A stretch of DNA of 64,000 nt from an uncultured Alphaproteobacteria bacterium (GTDB lineage Bacteria > Pseudomonadota > Alphaproteobacteria > RF32 > CAG-239), in contig CALYAY010000010.1 of assembly GCA_944393695.1 (NCBI GenBank), positions 994 to 64,993 of the forward strand. The letters run 5' to 3'. The notes under the pieces are model-generated. The model worked only from the letters and a program-made list of their open reading frames with translations, ran no database searches and was not told the origin of the DNA. Numbering within the stretch: the first letter of the stretch is position 1; every line of letters begins with the position of its first letter. The translations under genes and the position numbers were made by a program. Positions 9,032-19,194 of the stretch are shown piece by piece.

Positions 9032-10798
9032 ATGAAAAAACTTTACTTGTTTTTTGCCTTGCTCATGCTGGCGGCAGCGCCTGTTTCGGCAGCCGGTTTG
9101 ACCGCCTCGGTAGACAAGAGCGAACTGCCGCAGGGCGAAACTCTGACACTCACCCTCACCTACGACGGCGGACAAACTAATGAACAGCCCCAGCTGGATG
9201 TTTTAAACCGGGACTTTAACATTTTTTCCGTCGGCTCATCGTTTCAACACAACTACATTAACGGAAAAATCTCGCAAAAACAACAGTGGCAGGCCGTTCT
9301 CATGCCCAAACGCGAAGGAGAACTGACCATCCCGGCCGTCAAACTGGGCAAACTTACCAGCAATCCCCTCACCGTTAAAGTCGTCAAAGCTTCCCCCCAA
9401 AACCTCAACCGGGATTCTGATACCGCAACCGGCCGTCCGCGCTACGCCGTCGATGCCGTCGTTGACAATAAAAATCCCTATGTTCAGCAGGAAGTCAACC
9501 TCACCGTCCGCATTTACGACACCGGCGGCCTGCAATTGGAAAGAATTGTCCCGCTCGACAATGACGAAAACAACTGGGTAGTCAAATCTCTCGGCGAACC
9601 GGAAGTTGAAAGCAAAGTCATTGACGGACGCTCGGTACGGGTCATAAAAATCAGATTTGCGCTTTTCCCGCAAAAAAGCGGCCCCCTGCCCACACCGGAA
9701 TTCGTTGCCGAAGGTTTCTATCTCTCCCGCGGCGCTTCGCCCATGCAGCAGATTTTCGATGACACTTTCGGCACCCTGAACATCAACGGCCTGGGCGCTG
9801 ACTTTGCCGACATCTTTGCCGTTAAAAATACCGTGGCTTTATCTGCCACTCCGATAGACATCAACGTCCGTCCGATTCCCGCTCAGAATGACGGCGGCTG
9901 GTGGATTCCGGCCGAAAGTCTTGAACTCTATTCCGAATGGAAACCGGCTCCCCCGCAATTCAAAGTCGGAGAAGCCGTCACCCGCAATATTTACATGAAA
10001 GCCGTCGGCGTGGCAGACAATCAACTGCCCAACATCAGCTTCAAAGACAGCGGCAGCCTGAAACAGTATCCCGAAAAACCCGTAAGCGAGATGAAAAACG
10101 AAAACGGCAAAATCGCTTCCTACCGGCTGATTTCCAACGTCTACATCCCCGGAGCTCCGGGACAGGCCGTTGTACCCGAAATCAAAGTCAACTGGTTCAA
10201 CGTCAAAACCGGCCGCCCGGAAAGCACAACCCTGCCGGCCATGACCGTAATGGTCGCACCTAATCCTCAGGCAGCCCCGGCACCTCAGGCCCCCGCCGCA
10301 CCGGAAGCAACACCCCCGGTAACGCAGTCGCAGGCAGCCCCGGCTGAAAACTCACCGGCTGCCCCACAAACCGCCGCGTCTCACCCCGGATTATATATCG
10401 GACTGGCCTCAGCCGCCTTCTTGCTCGGCATTGGAATCAGCTGGCTGTTGTTCGGCCGCCGGGCAAACCGTTCGGAAACAAAACTCAGCGCCGGAGATTA
10501 TCGGAACGAAGTCATCAAAGCCGCCCGCAGCGGTCAGCTTAAAGAACTTCGCAACAACCTCATCGGCTGGGCAAAAGAATTTTACGCCGATGCCAAAATC
10601 AAAAACCTGAAAGACATTGCCGCCCATGCGCAAAACGAACGCTTTACTCAGGTTCTCGACAATCTGTCGTCCTTAATGTATGCGTCCAAATCCTCCCAAT
10701 GGGACGGCGAAGCCTTTATCAGTACCTTTGATGAGGTCAGCCGCAAACGCCGAACCGCGCCGCGCGCCAAAACGCCGCTGCCGGATTTATACGAATAG
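9032..10798 (+). CDS. batD: BatD-like 'oxygen tolerance' protein
   Basis: Signal peptide MKKLYLFFALLMLAAAPVSA, 588 aa and a C-terminal TM anchor (LYIGLASAAFLLGIGISWLLF), as in BatD. AGGAGG RBS. Confidence 0.7.
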   Translation: MKKLYLFFALLMLAAAPVSAAGLTASVDKSELPQGETLTLTLTYDGGQTNEQPQLDVLNRDFNIFSVGSSFQHNYINGKISQKQQWQAVLMPKREGELTIPAVKLGKLTSNPLTVKVVKASPQNLNRDSDTATGRPRYAVDAVVDNKNPYVQQEVNLTVRIYDTGGLQLERIVPLDNDENNWVVKSLGEPEVESKVIDGRSVRVIKIRFALFPQKSGPLPTPEFVAEGFYLSRGASPMQQIFDDTFGTLNINGLGADFADIFAVKNTVALSATPIDINVRPIPAQNDGGWWIPAESLELYSEWKPAPPQFKVGEAVTRNIYMKAVGVADNQLPNISFKDSGSLKQYPEKPVSEMKNENGKIASYRLISNVYIPGAPGQAVVPEIKVNWFNVKTGRPESTTLPAMTVMVAPNPQAAPAPQAPAAPEATPPVTQSQAAPAENSPAAPQTAASHPGLYIGLASAAFLLGIGISWLLFGRRANRSETKLSAGDYRNEVIKAARSGQLKELRNNLIGWAKEFYADAKIKNLKDIAAHAQNERFTQVLDNLSSLMYASKSSQWDGEAFISTFDEVSRKRRTAPRAKTPLPDLYE

Positions 10799-10813
10799 CT
10801 TCCCCGCGAAACC

Positions 10814-10853
10814 AAACGCCTTTGTTTTTGAACAAAGGCGTTTTTCTTTTTCT
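10814..10853 (+). terminator. Rho-independent terminator after batD
   Basis: AAACGCCTTTGTT-tttg-AACAAAGGCGTTT hairpin plus a T-run. Confidence 0.6.
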
Positions 10854-10923
10854 CTGCCAAAATTAAGATATTTTTTAGGATATTTTTTCAATAATAAAAC
10901 ATAATAATCACAACGGAACAAAC

Positions 10924-12492
10924 ATGTTAAAAACTCTGCTCAGTTCTCTTTGCTGCACCAACCTGCTGAAAACCGCAGTCTGGTTGTTGCCGGCCCTGCT
11001 GATTGCCGAGCTTCAGAAAGAGCCGCCGCTTTATTTCATGCTCCCGGTTCTGATTGCCGCTCTGTTGCTGCCGATTCTGATTTTTCCGCGGCAGATTCGT
11101 TTTTACATATTCTTCCTGGTCGTCTTCCTCTATCTCCCCGCCTGGTTCAACGGCGCTTATTACCTGTTGTTTCAAGGCTGGCCCGACACTTCCGCCTACT
11201 ACGCATTATTCTACACCAATTCGCAGGAAGCCGCTGAATTTGTTTCCGCCTATCTGAATCCCCTGCTGACAATTTTTTCAGGCCTCACCCTCGCCTGGAT
11301 AATCCTCGGCCTCATCGGAATAAAACCCGACGAAACACCTTATCCCCGCACATTACTGCAAATTTGTTTCCTTGCTCTGGTTATTGAACTTTTCACCGGT
11401 GCTTTCTCTTTTTTCGCCCGCCAAAGCCAGCTTCCGGCTTTCCGCACGGCCGACAAACTCTATGAACTCTACGACGATGAACAATACGTCACCCGGCTGC
11501 GCCAAAATGTAAAAGACATTAACTTCACCGACATCAAGTCAATTTTTCCCGCCACGGAAAAACAAACTTATGTCGTTGTCATCGGTGAATCTCAAACCCC
11601 CGACCGCATGAGCATTTACGGCTACCACCCCCGCCAGACCACTCCCCTGTTAAGCCGCATAAAAAACGAATTATTCCTGTTTGACAACGTCACCTCGCCG
11701 CATGCCGCCACCCTGCCCAGCCTGAGGGAAGCCCTCACCTTCATCAACAGCAACAACGAAAAACTATCCCAGGCCCGCGGCTCTGCCGTTGATTACTTTA
11801 ATGTTGCCGGCTTCAAAACCTTCTGGATATCCAACCAGTACCAGCGCGGAAAACTCGACGGCCTGATTTCACTCTGGGGCAATGCCGCCGCCCAAAGCAT
11901 TTTCATCAATCGTCACCACAGCGACAAAGAAAAAATGCAGGCTCCCTACGACGGAGAACTCCTGCCTTATATTGAACAAGCTCTCCAAGACCCCGCTCCG
12001 CGTAAAATCATCTTTGTACATCTGATGGGCTGCCACGCTGATTATAAAAACCGCTACCCGGAAGAATTCGGCCGTTTCAAAGATCCGAAATTCAACGTTC
12101 CCGGCCGCAGCGACCATTACGACAACGCCACTCTTTACAACGACTTTGTCATCAGTCAAATCTTGCAAAAACTCCGCCAAACCAATGACCAAACCGCCGC
12201 CTTTCTGTATTTCTCCGACCATGGCGAAGACACCACGCCCGACGGTTGTTTCTGCCATTCCATATCCATGGGAACCGCTGAAATGTATAAAATCCCTTTC
12301 ATTGTCTGGCTTTCGGATAAATACAAAGAAAAACGCCCGGACTTTGCCCAAAGCCTGCCGGAAAAAATCCACCGTCCGTTCAACACCCGCAACTTTCTGC
12401 ATTCCCTGGCCGATCTGACCGGTCTGCAAAGCCTCGATGCCAAACCGGAAAGAAGCGTGTTCTCCGACCGCTACAACCCCGGACTCTATTAA
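10924..12492 (+). CDS. Phosphoethanolamine transferase of the sulfatase-like superfamily (EptA/EptB/CptA family) with an N-terminal multi-TM domain
   Basis: About 5 N-terminal TM helices, then 'VVIGESQTPDRMSIYGY', 'HLMGCHADY' and 'YFSDHGED' motifs typical of lipid A / core PEtN transferases. Confidence 0.7.
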   Translation: MLKTLLSSLCCTNLLKTAVWLLPALLIAELQKEPPLYFMLPVLIAALLLPILIFPRQIRFYIFFLVVFLYLPAWFNGAYYLLFQGWPDTSAYYALFYTNSQEAAEFVSAYLNPLLTIFSGLTLAWIILGLIGIKPDETPYPRTLLQICFLALVIELFTGAFSFFARQSQLPAFRTADKLYELYDDEQYVTRLRQNVKDINFTDIKSIFPATEKQTYVVVIGESQTPDRMSIYGYHPRQTTPLLSRIKNELFLFDNVTSPHAATLPSLREALTFINSNNEKLSQARGSAVDYFNVAGFKTFWISNQYQRGKLDGLISLWGNAAAQSIFINRHHSDKEKMQAPYDGELLPYIEQALQDPAPRKIIFVHLMGCHADYKNRYPEEFGRFKDPKFNVPGRSDHYDNATLYNDFVISQILQKLRQTNDQTAAFLYFSDHGEDTTPDGCFCHSISMGTAEMYKIPFIVWLSDKYKEKRPDFAQSLPEKIHRPFNTRNFLHSLADLTGLQSLDAKPERSVFSDRYNPGLY

Positions 12493-12493
12493 A

Positions 12494-14263
12494 CTAACGC
12501 AGCTGGGCTTGATACAAAGCCGCATAAATGCCGTTTTCTTTTTTCAACAGCTCCTCATGCGACCCGACTTCAACAATCTCTCCGTAATTAACCACAATGA
12601 TTTTATCGGCGTTTTTCACTGTTGACAACCGGTGTGCAATAATCAGCACCGTCCGGTCTTTCATCAGATTGTCGATAGCCTTCTGCACCACCGCCTCCGA
12701 CTTGTTGTCCAGTGCGGAAGTCGCCTCGTCCAAAATCACAATCGGAGCATTTTTCAAAAAGGCACGTGCAATGGCAATTCGCTGCTTTTGTCCGCCCGAA
12801 AGCAAAACGCCGCGCTCACCGATTTCCGTTTGCAAACCTTTGTCCAGCGTAGCAATAAACTCGTCCAGACAGGCCATCTTAACCGCCTTTTCCACCGCCT
12901 CCTTCGAAGCGCTCTCATTTCCCAGCAGGATATTTTCCAAAATCGTCCCGTTAAACAGAAAATTATCCTGAAAAACCACCGAGATATTATCCCTCAGCGA
13001 ACGCAAATCAATATCCTTGATATTAACCCCGTCGATAAGCACCGCCCCGCTGTTGGCCGGCAAATCATAAAAACGGGGCAGCAGATTAACCAGCGTGCTT
13101 TTGCCCCCGCCGGAATTCCCCACAAAAGCGATTGTCTCACCCTTGGCAATTTTCAAATTAACATGTTTCAGCACCGGCCGGTTTTTCACATATTCAAAAC
13201 ACACGTCTTTATATTCAATGCCGTTTTGCAGTCCGTTCATCTTCACCGCATTCTGTTTGCTGACAATCGCCGGCTGCTTGTCCAACAGTCCGAAAACACG
13301 CTCCATGGCCATCAGCGCCATCTGAACATTGTTAAAATTATTGCCGATGGCCTTAATCGGGTTATACAGCATAATCAGCGCCGCGATAAACGACACAAAA
13401 TTACCGGCCGTAATCTCATGATGAACAATCAGATAGCTTCCGAACCAAATCACCAGCGCAATTCCCAGCGACACGATAAAATGCATCAGCGGCGACATCA
13501 GCCCCGTCCGCTGCACCATCTTGATACCCAGCTTAAATACCGTATGCAAAGTATTGCGAAAACGCTTGCTCTGATAATCATACAGATTATATGAAGTAAT
13601 AATGCGGTTGCCGCTGAACGTTTCGTTATAATGCATCATCACTTCCCCGCCGGAAAAAATAGTCTTGTCCATAATGCTCGTAATCCGGCGACGAACGGTT
13701 GTCAGCGGATAAAGCGCCCCCAAAAGAACAATCACCGCAATAATCGCCAGCTGCCATGAATTATAAAACAAAACCCCGATAAGCGACACCGAAGAAAAAA
13801 CCCGCGTGGTAAACAGCTTGAGATTTGACAGCAGACCGTTGCAGGCCATATCCACATCATTGTTAAAACGCATCAGGATTTCGCCGGAATTGGTCTTGTC
13901 AAAATAATTGGCGTCAAAAGTCATCAGCTTGTCAAAAAGCGTCATCTTGACGTCATTGGCAATCTTCCGCCCCACCCAGGTATTCAGATAAGTAGCAGTA
14001 TAGTTCAGCCCGCTTTGCAGACTGCTGAACAAAATAATCAGCAACGGAATATAACTTGTCGCCGCCGTGCTTTTTTCCACCATCACCACGTCCATATACG
14101 GCTGCAGCGACCAGGCAATCACCGCATCCATCGACCCGATGGGAATGGTAATCAGCACCGCGCACAACGCCCTTATCCAGTAAGGCCGGACATAAACCAT
14201 CATGCGCCGGTAGTTTTTAACGATATTCAAAGAATTAAATTTTTTAACGATAAACTGAAACAT
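12494..14263 (-). CDS. ABC exporter, fused permease-ATPase (MsbA-like lipid/LPS flippase family)
   Basis: Six-TM domain plus Walker A 'GNSGGGKST', signature 'LSGGQKQRIAIARA', Walker B 'ILDEATSALD'. Confidence 0.85.
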   Translation of the reverse strand: MFQFIVKKFNSLNIVKNYRRMMVYVRPYWIRALCAVLITIPIGSMDAVIAWSLQPYMDVVMVEKSTAATSYIPLLIILFSSLQSGLNYTATYLNTWVGRKIANDVKMTLFDKLMTFDANYFDKTNSGEILMRFNNDVDMACNGLLSNLKLFTTRVFSSVSLIGVLFYNSWQLAIIAVIVLLGALYPLTTVRRRITSIMDKTIFSGGEVMMHYNETFSGNRIITSYNLYDYQSKRFRNTLHTVFKLGIKMVQRTGLMSPLMHFIVSLGIALVIWFGSYLIVHHEITAGNFVSFIAALIMLYNPIKAIGNNFNNVQMALMAMERVFGLLDKQPAIVSKQNAVKMNGLQNGIEYKDVCFEYVKNRPVLKHVNLKIAKGETIAFVGNSGGGKSTLVNLLPRFYDLPANSGAVLIDGVNIKDIDLRSLRDNISVVFQDNFLFNGTILENILLGNESASKEAVEKAVKMACLDEFIATLDKGLQTEIGERGVLLSGGQKQRIAIARAFLKNAPIVILDEATSALDNKSEAVVQKAIDNLMKDRTVLIIAHRLSTVKNADKIIVVNYGEIVEVGSHEELLKKENGIYAALYQAQLR

Positions 14264-14278
14264 AATTGTTTTATCACG

Positions 14279-15298
14279 CTATTGTTGTTGATTCAGATAC
14301 CAGTCCAGCGTTTTGACTATTCCGGTATCAAAAGTTTCCTCAGCCTTCCATCCCAGTTCCCGACACAATTTGTCGGCATCAATGGCATAACGCAGATCAT
14401 GCCCCGGCCGGTCGGCCACAAAGCTTATCAGCTCCCGGTATAAACCGCCGTCTTTCCTTGGCCGGCGCTCATCCAGCAAGTCGCATATCTTATGAACAAT
14501 CTCAATGTTTGTTCGCTCGTTATGCCCCCCGATATTATACGTTTCACCGCTTTTTCCCTGATGAAAAATCAAATCTATCGCCCGGCAGTGATCCATCACA
14601 AACAACCAGTCGCGAACATTTTTTCCCTCCCCGTAAACCGGAATTTTCTTCCCGGCCAGGGCATTGGAAATAATCTTCGGAATAAGCTTTTCCGGATGCT
14701 GTTTCGGCCCGTAATTGTTTGAACAGTTTGAAACCGTCACATTCAGCCCGTAAGTCCGGCCGTAAGCCCTGACCAGAAAATCCGACCCGGCTTTTGAGGC
14801 CGAATAGGGCGAGCTCGGATCATAGGGCGTTTTTTCCGAAAAAAAACCGTCTTTTCCGAGTGAACCGTAAACCTCATCGGTAGAAATATGATGGAAACGG
14901 GCTCCCTCATATCCCGGACGCACCTGCCCCGGCGCCGTCAGCCAGTGCCTGCGCGCCGCATCCAGCAACGTAAACGTCCCCACCAGATTTGTTTCGATAA
15001 ACGCCCCCGGATTGGCAATGGAATTATCCACATGGCTTTCCGCCGCAAAATGAATAACCCCCGTCACCCGGTTGTCGGCAAAAATTTTCTCCACCAATGC
15101 TCCGTCGCAGATATCCCCCCGCACAAACTCATAATTATCCAGCCCGGCGCATTCTTTCAGATTTTCCAAATTCCCGGCATAAGTCAGCTTATCCAGGTTA
15201 ATAACATGATACTGCGGATACTTTGCCGCAAACCACGGCACAAAATTCGAACCGATAAACCCCGCTCCCCCGGTCACCAAAATACAGGCTTTGCTCAA
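14279..15298 (-). CDS. rfbB: dTDP-glucose 4,6-dehydratase
   Basis: 'ILVTGGAGFIGSNFV' Rossmann motif, short-chain dehydrogenase/reductase (SDR) YxxxK, 339 aa. Start overlaps the rfbA stop (ATGA). Confidence 0.9.
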   Translation of the reverse strand: MSKACILVTGGAGFIGSNFVPWFAAKYPQYHVINLDKLTYAGNLENLKECAGLDNYEFVRGDICDGALVEKIFADNRVTGVIHFAAESHVDNSIANPGAFIETNLVGTFTLLDAARRHWLTAPGQVRPGYEGARFHHISTDEVYGSLGKDGFFSEKTPYDPSSPYSASKAGSDFLVRAYGRTYGLNVTVSNCSNNYGPKQHPEKLIPKIISNALAGKKIPVYGEGKNVRDWLFVMDHCRAIDLIFHQGKSGETYNIGGHNERTNIEIVHKICDLLDERRPRKDGGLYRELISFVADRPGHDLRYAIDADKLCRELGWKAEETFDTGIVKTLDWYLNQQQ

Positions 15299-16185
15299 AA
15301 ACTTTCTCCCTTGTGATAATCATCATAAATCCGCTGCAGATAAGCCCGATAGCTGGTGCCCCGCGGCAGCTTGTCGATAATCCGGCACATCTGCTCAGAA
15401 TCAATAAACCCGCGGCGGTAGGCAATTTCCTCAATACAGGCGATTTTCAAATCCTGCCGTTTTTCGATAATACCGATAAAATTTGAGGCATCCAGCAGCG
15501 ACTGCGGCGTCCCTGCATCAAGCCAGGCATTTCCGCGTTTCATGGTCACCACGTTCAGCCGCCCCTCGTTCAGATATGCCTTGTTAATATCGGTAATCTC
15601 CAGCTCTCCCCGGGCAGACGGCTTCAGATTCCGCGCTTTTTCCACCACATCCGCCTGATAGAAATAAAGTCCGACCACCGCATAATTTGACTTCGGCTGC
15701 CGGGGTTTCTCTTCAATGGAAATCACCTTGCGGTTATTGTCAAATTCCACCACGCCGAACCTCTCCGGATCCGAAACATGATAACCGAACACCGTCCCTC
15801 CGGGATTATTTTTGATTTCATCGCGAAAATGCTGTATCTGCCCGCCCATATAAAAGATATTGTCTCCCAGAATAAGGCAAACCTCATCATTACCGATAAA
15901 ATCGGCCCCGATTAAAAACGCCTCGGCAATTCCCCGGGGAGCTTCCTGCACCCGGTAGCTGATATTCAGCCCCAGCCACGCACCGTCACCGAACAACGTC
16001 CGGATATTGGGCGTATCCTGCGGCGTTGAAATAACCAGAATATCCCTGATGCCAAACAACAAAAGTGTTGACAGCGGATAATATATCATCGGCTTGTCAT
16101 AAACCGGAAGCAGCTGCTTGCTGGTGGTTTTGGTCAGAGGATAAAGCCTCGTTCCCGAACCCCCGGCCAGAATTATACCTTTCAT
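15295..16185 (-). CDS. rfbA: Glucose-1-phosphate thymidylyltransferase
   Basis: 'MKGIILAGGSGTRLYPLT' signature, 296 aa. Confidence 0.9.
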   Translation of the reverse strand: MKGIILAGGSGTRLYPLTKTTSKQLLPVYDKPMIYYPLSTLLLFGIRDILVISTPQDTPNIRTLFGDGAWLGLNISYRVQEAPRGIAEAFLIGADFIGNDEVCLILGDNIFYMGGQIQHFRDEIKNNPGGTVFGYHVSDPERFGVVEFDNNRKVISIEEKPRQPKSNYAVVGLYFYQADVVEKARNLKPSARGELEITDINKAYLNEGRLNVVTMKRGNAWLDAGTPQSLLDASNFIGIIEKRQDLKIACIEEIAYRRGFIDSEQMCRIIDKLPRGTSYRAYLQRIYDDYHKGESF

Positions 16186-16274
16186 TTCCTTAGCCCGTAA
16201 CGGTTAACATTACTCCGAATATAAAACAGAGCCGCCGCCAAGGCAAGCAGATTTTGCCTTTTTTACAGAACCTC

Positions 16275-17702
16275 TCAGAAACGGAAATCGCGTTTTCCCA
16301 GCTCAATACTCTTCAGATTGTCAATCACCAGCCCCCGCACTTTCTCATTGGGAATATGCGTTAACTCTTTTTCAATCAGCTGTTCGCCGACCTTCCGGGT
16401 TTCCGGCGAGGCATAATCAATCAGATACTCTTTCAGGGTCATCAGCGCATTCGGCAGACAACAATTGTGAATCTGCATGTTTTTGCACAAAGCCATAAAG
16501 CGGTCTCCCGTTCTTCCCTCCCGGTAACAGGCCGTGCAAAAACTCGGAATATACCCCAGTTTCATCAGCCAGCAGACCACCTCGTCCAACGTGCGTTTAT
16601 CACTCACGTCAAATTGTTCCGACTTCTGGTCATCCTCTTCCGGCGCCACATATCCGCCCACGCTGGTGCGAGAACCGCCGCTGATTTGCGATATCCCGTA
16701 GCGCAGCACTCTTTCCCGGCAGGCCGGGCTTTCCCGGGTTGAAATAATCATTCCCGTATAAGGCACCGCAATCCGGATGCAGGCCACCAGTTTGGCGAAT
16801 ATCTCATCATCAATCCCGTTGTCAAAAGCCGAAGGATCAATGTCATCCGCATGCTTAATCCGCGGCACGCTGATGGTATGCGGCCCCACGCCGTGAACCG
16901 CCTCCAGATGTTCGGCATGCATCAACAGCCCGGCAAATTCATAGCGGTATCTTTCCAGACCGAACAAAACCCCCAATCCCACATCGTCAATTCCGCCTTC
17001 CATCGCCCGGTCCATCGCCTCCGTATGCCAGGCATAATTATGCTTCGGCCCCGTCGGATGAAGCTTTTCATAGCTTTCCTTGTGATAAGTCTCCTGAAAC
17101 AGGATATAAGTACCGATACCCGCCTCTTTAAGCTTGCGGTAATTCTCAACCGTCGTCGCCGCAATATTCACGTTAACCCGGCGGATAGCCCCGTTTTTGT
17201 GCTTAATGCTATAAATGGTTTTAATCGATTCCAAAATATATTCAATCGGGTTGTTCACCGGATCTTCACCGGCCTCAATCGCCAGACGCTTATGCCCCAT
17301 ATCCTGCAGCGCCGTCACTTCTCTGACAATTTCTTCCTGCGTCAGCTTTTTGCGGGCAATATGTTTGTTCTTTGCATGATACGGACAATAAACGCAGCCG
17401 TTAACACAATAGTTGGACAGATAAAGCGGCGCAAACATCACAATCCGGCTGCCGTAAAATTCCTTTTTTATCTGTTCGGCCAAAGCAAAAATCTCGGCAT
17501 TCTTGTCCGGCAGCTCGCAATCCAGCAGCAACAAAGCCTCCCGGTGCGAAAGCCCCTTATACTGCCGGGCTTTTTCCAACAATTGCCCAATAAGTTCGGC
17601 ATTATTCTTGTTTTGGTCGGCATACGCCAAAGATTCTAAAATTTCTTCATGGCTGATAAATTCCTCAGCCTTCATCGACTTGGGATCATACATAAAATTC
17701 AT
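16275..17702 (-). CDS. hydG: Radical SAM tyrosine lyase, HydG-type ([FeFe]-hydrogenase maturase family, ThiH-related)
   Basis: 475 aa. Radical SAM 'CVNGCVYC' cluster motif plus the C-terminal auxiliary-cluster motif 'CTAC...(22)...C' (CX2CX22C), which distinguishes HydG from ThiH. Confidence 0.7.
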   Translation of the reverse strand: MNFMYDPKSMKAEEFISHEEILESLAYADQNKNNAELIGQLLEKARQYKGLSHREALLLLDCELPDKNAEIFALAEQIKKEFYGSRIVMFAPLYLSNYCVNGCVYCPYHAKNKHIARKKLTQEEIVREVTALQDMGHKRLAIEAGEDPVNNPIEYILESIKTIYSIKHKNGAIRRVNVNIAATTVENYRKLKEAGIGTYILFQETYHKESYEKLHPTGPKHNYAWHTEAMDRAMEGGIDDVGLGVLFGLERYRYEFAGLLMHAEHLEAVHGVGPHTISVPRIKHADDIDPSAFDNGIDDEIFAKLVACIRIAVPYTGMIISTRESPACRERVLRYGISQISGGSRTSVGGYVAPEEDDQKSEQFDVSDKRTLDEVVCWLMKLGYIPSFCTACYREGRTGDRFMALCKNMQIHNCCLPNALMTLKEYLIDYASPETRKVGEQLIEKELTHIPNEKVRGLVIDNLKSIELGKRDFRF

Positions 17703-17789
17703 CTCTCTTGCTTCCGGGGCAGAACAAACTTACCCGTCAGGTTAAAACAACGCCACACAGTCTAAACGCTGCGGCAAAAAAATCAAGCC

Positions 17790-18047
17790 CTATTCCTCAG
17801 AAAAAAACGCTGAATAAGCCGTCTTACACGAAATCCCCTCCAGACGCCCGATTTGTCCCGTCAAGGCGGCAATCTCCTCTTCCGTTGCATCCACCGCCAG
17901 ACTGATAATATTAATTTTCTTGGCCCGATAAGGAATGCCCATCCGCCCGATAATACAATCCGCATATTCGTGCAAAATTTCGTTCAACCGGTTGACCGAT
18001 TCCTTGTTTTCCACAATAACCCCGATAACCGCAACCCGCGTCTTCAT
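17790..18047 (-). CDS. Small TM1266-like protein (putative [FeFe]-hydrogenase-system regulator family, ACT/NikR-C-like fold)
   Basis: 85 aa, 'RVAVIGVIVENKESVNRLNEILHEYADCIIGRMGIPY'. This family is typically adjacent to hydG/hydE. Called from memory of the family, not from a search. Confidence 0.5.
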   Translation of the reverse strand: MKTRVAVIGVIVENKESVNRLNEILHEYADCIIGRMGIPYRAKKINIISLAVDATEEEIAALTGQIGRLEGISCKTAYSAFFSEE

Positions 18048-19081
18048 AACCGCTTCCTTTCCCGCTTAAAAAAACTGCCGATATATTTTTCCGCCCGGAA
18101 AAACGTTGAAACCCCCAGCTCCCGGCACAACGGACTTTTCAGCATCCGGCGCACGTTTTGCGAATTCGGCTGCCGACGGACAGCCTTCCGGTACTGGTGC
18201 AAAATGATTTTTTGCGCCGTCGGCCAGTCAATCAGCGGATTCTCCTTAACTCCGGCAATAATCTTCAACAACCCGCTTTCCGCCGAAACCAGCTCCCCGG
18301 CCGCAAGACTTTTACGCAAAAACAGCTGCCCGAGATTCCGGCTTTGTTCCGCGCTCAACCCGAAAACATTCTCCCATGCCCTGACTTTGGCCATCATGGC
18401 TTTCTCAACCTGGGCCTCATGACGCGTAATTGAGATATTTCCTCCATGCCAGCGGTACAATGCCAGATTCTCCGGCAGATTGTCAAATTCACCAAGCAAA
18501 CTCAGCCTCACCCACAAGTCATAATCTTCCGCCGGCACCATGGTCTTGTCCCAGTTCAGCCCGTTTTCACTCAGCACCCGCCGCCGTATCATGGTTGATG
18601 ACATCAGAAACGGACAGTTGGCAAAAAGTGCAAACGCCCGCAGCCATTTCCGATCCGTTTTCGGCTTAAACAACCGCCCCTCCGGAATTCGCGTAAAATA
18701 CGACCCCACCACGACCACTTCCGGATTCTGCTGCAAAAACGCCGCCTCCTTGGCAAAACTTTCCGGCAACCGCACGTCATCTGAATCCAAAATTGCCACA
18801 AATTCGCCGCGCGCTTGTTTCAGAGCATAACTCCGCGCCCCGGCCGGCCCCTGATTCTTTTCCAGCCGGAAAAAACGAATGCGCTCATCGTCAAAAGACT
18901 TCATCACTTCCGCCACATAGGCATCCGAAGCATTATCAACCGCCAGCAGCTCAAAATCACCCAGCGTCTGATTCAAAACACTTTCCACCGCCTCACGCAG
19001 ATAAGCTTCCGGAGTATTGTAAATCGGCATAATCACCGATATCAGGGGAACATCAGACATCTTACTTTTTCCTGTTAACAC
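18044..19081 (-). CDS. Family 2 glycosyltransferase
   Basis: 'ISVIMPIYNTPEAYLREAVESVLNQTLGDFELLAVDNAS' GT-A fold with the DxD motif 'DSDD'. Confidence 0.8.
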   Translation of the reverse strand: MLTGKSKMSDVPLISVIMPIYNTPEAYLREAVESVLNQTLGDFELLAVDNASDAYVAEVMKSFDDERIRFFRLEKNQGPAGARSYALKQARGEFVAILDSDDVRLPESFAKEAAFLQQNPEVVVVGSYFTRIPEGRLFKPKTDRKWLRAFALFANCPFLMSSTMIRRRVLSENGLNWDKTMVPAEDYDLWVRLSLLGEFDNLPENLALYRWHGGNISITRHEAQVEKAMMAKVRAWENVFGLSAEQSRNLGQLFLRKSLAAGELVSAESGLLKIIAGVKENPLIDWPTAQKIILHQYRKAVRRQPNSQNVRRMLKSPLCRELGVSTFFRAEKYIGSFFKRERKRL

Positions 19082-19194
19082 TTCCTCCCACTATGAAAGA
19101 TTTTTTCCAAACTTTCAAGCCCCCTCCCGCTTTTCCTGTGTTTTTCACAAAAAAAAGAGCCTGTTTTTCACAGACTCTTCACATTTTTCCGGCC

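Noticed and set aside
16232-16262. Plus-strand hairpin plus T-run (GGCAAGCAGATTTTGCC-TTTTTT) between hydG and rfbA, considered as a terminator
   Set aside because: Both flanking genes are on the minus strand, so the T-run is on the wrong strand for them. It may be incidental or act as a weak bidirectional pause. Not annotated as a feature.
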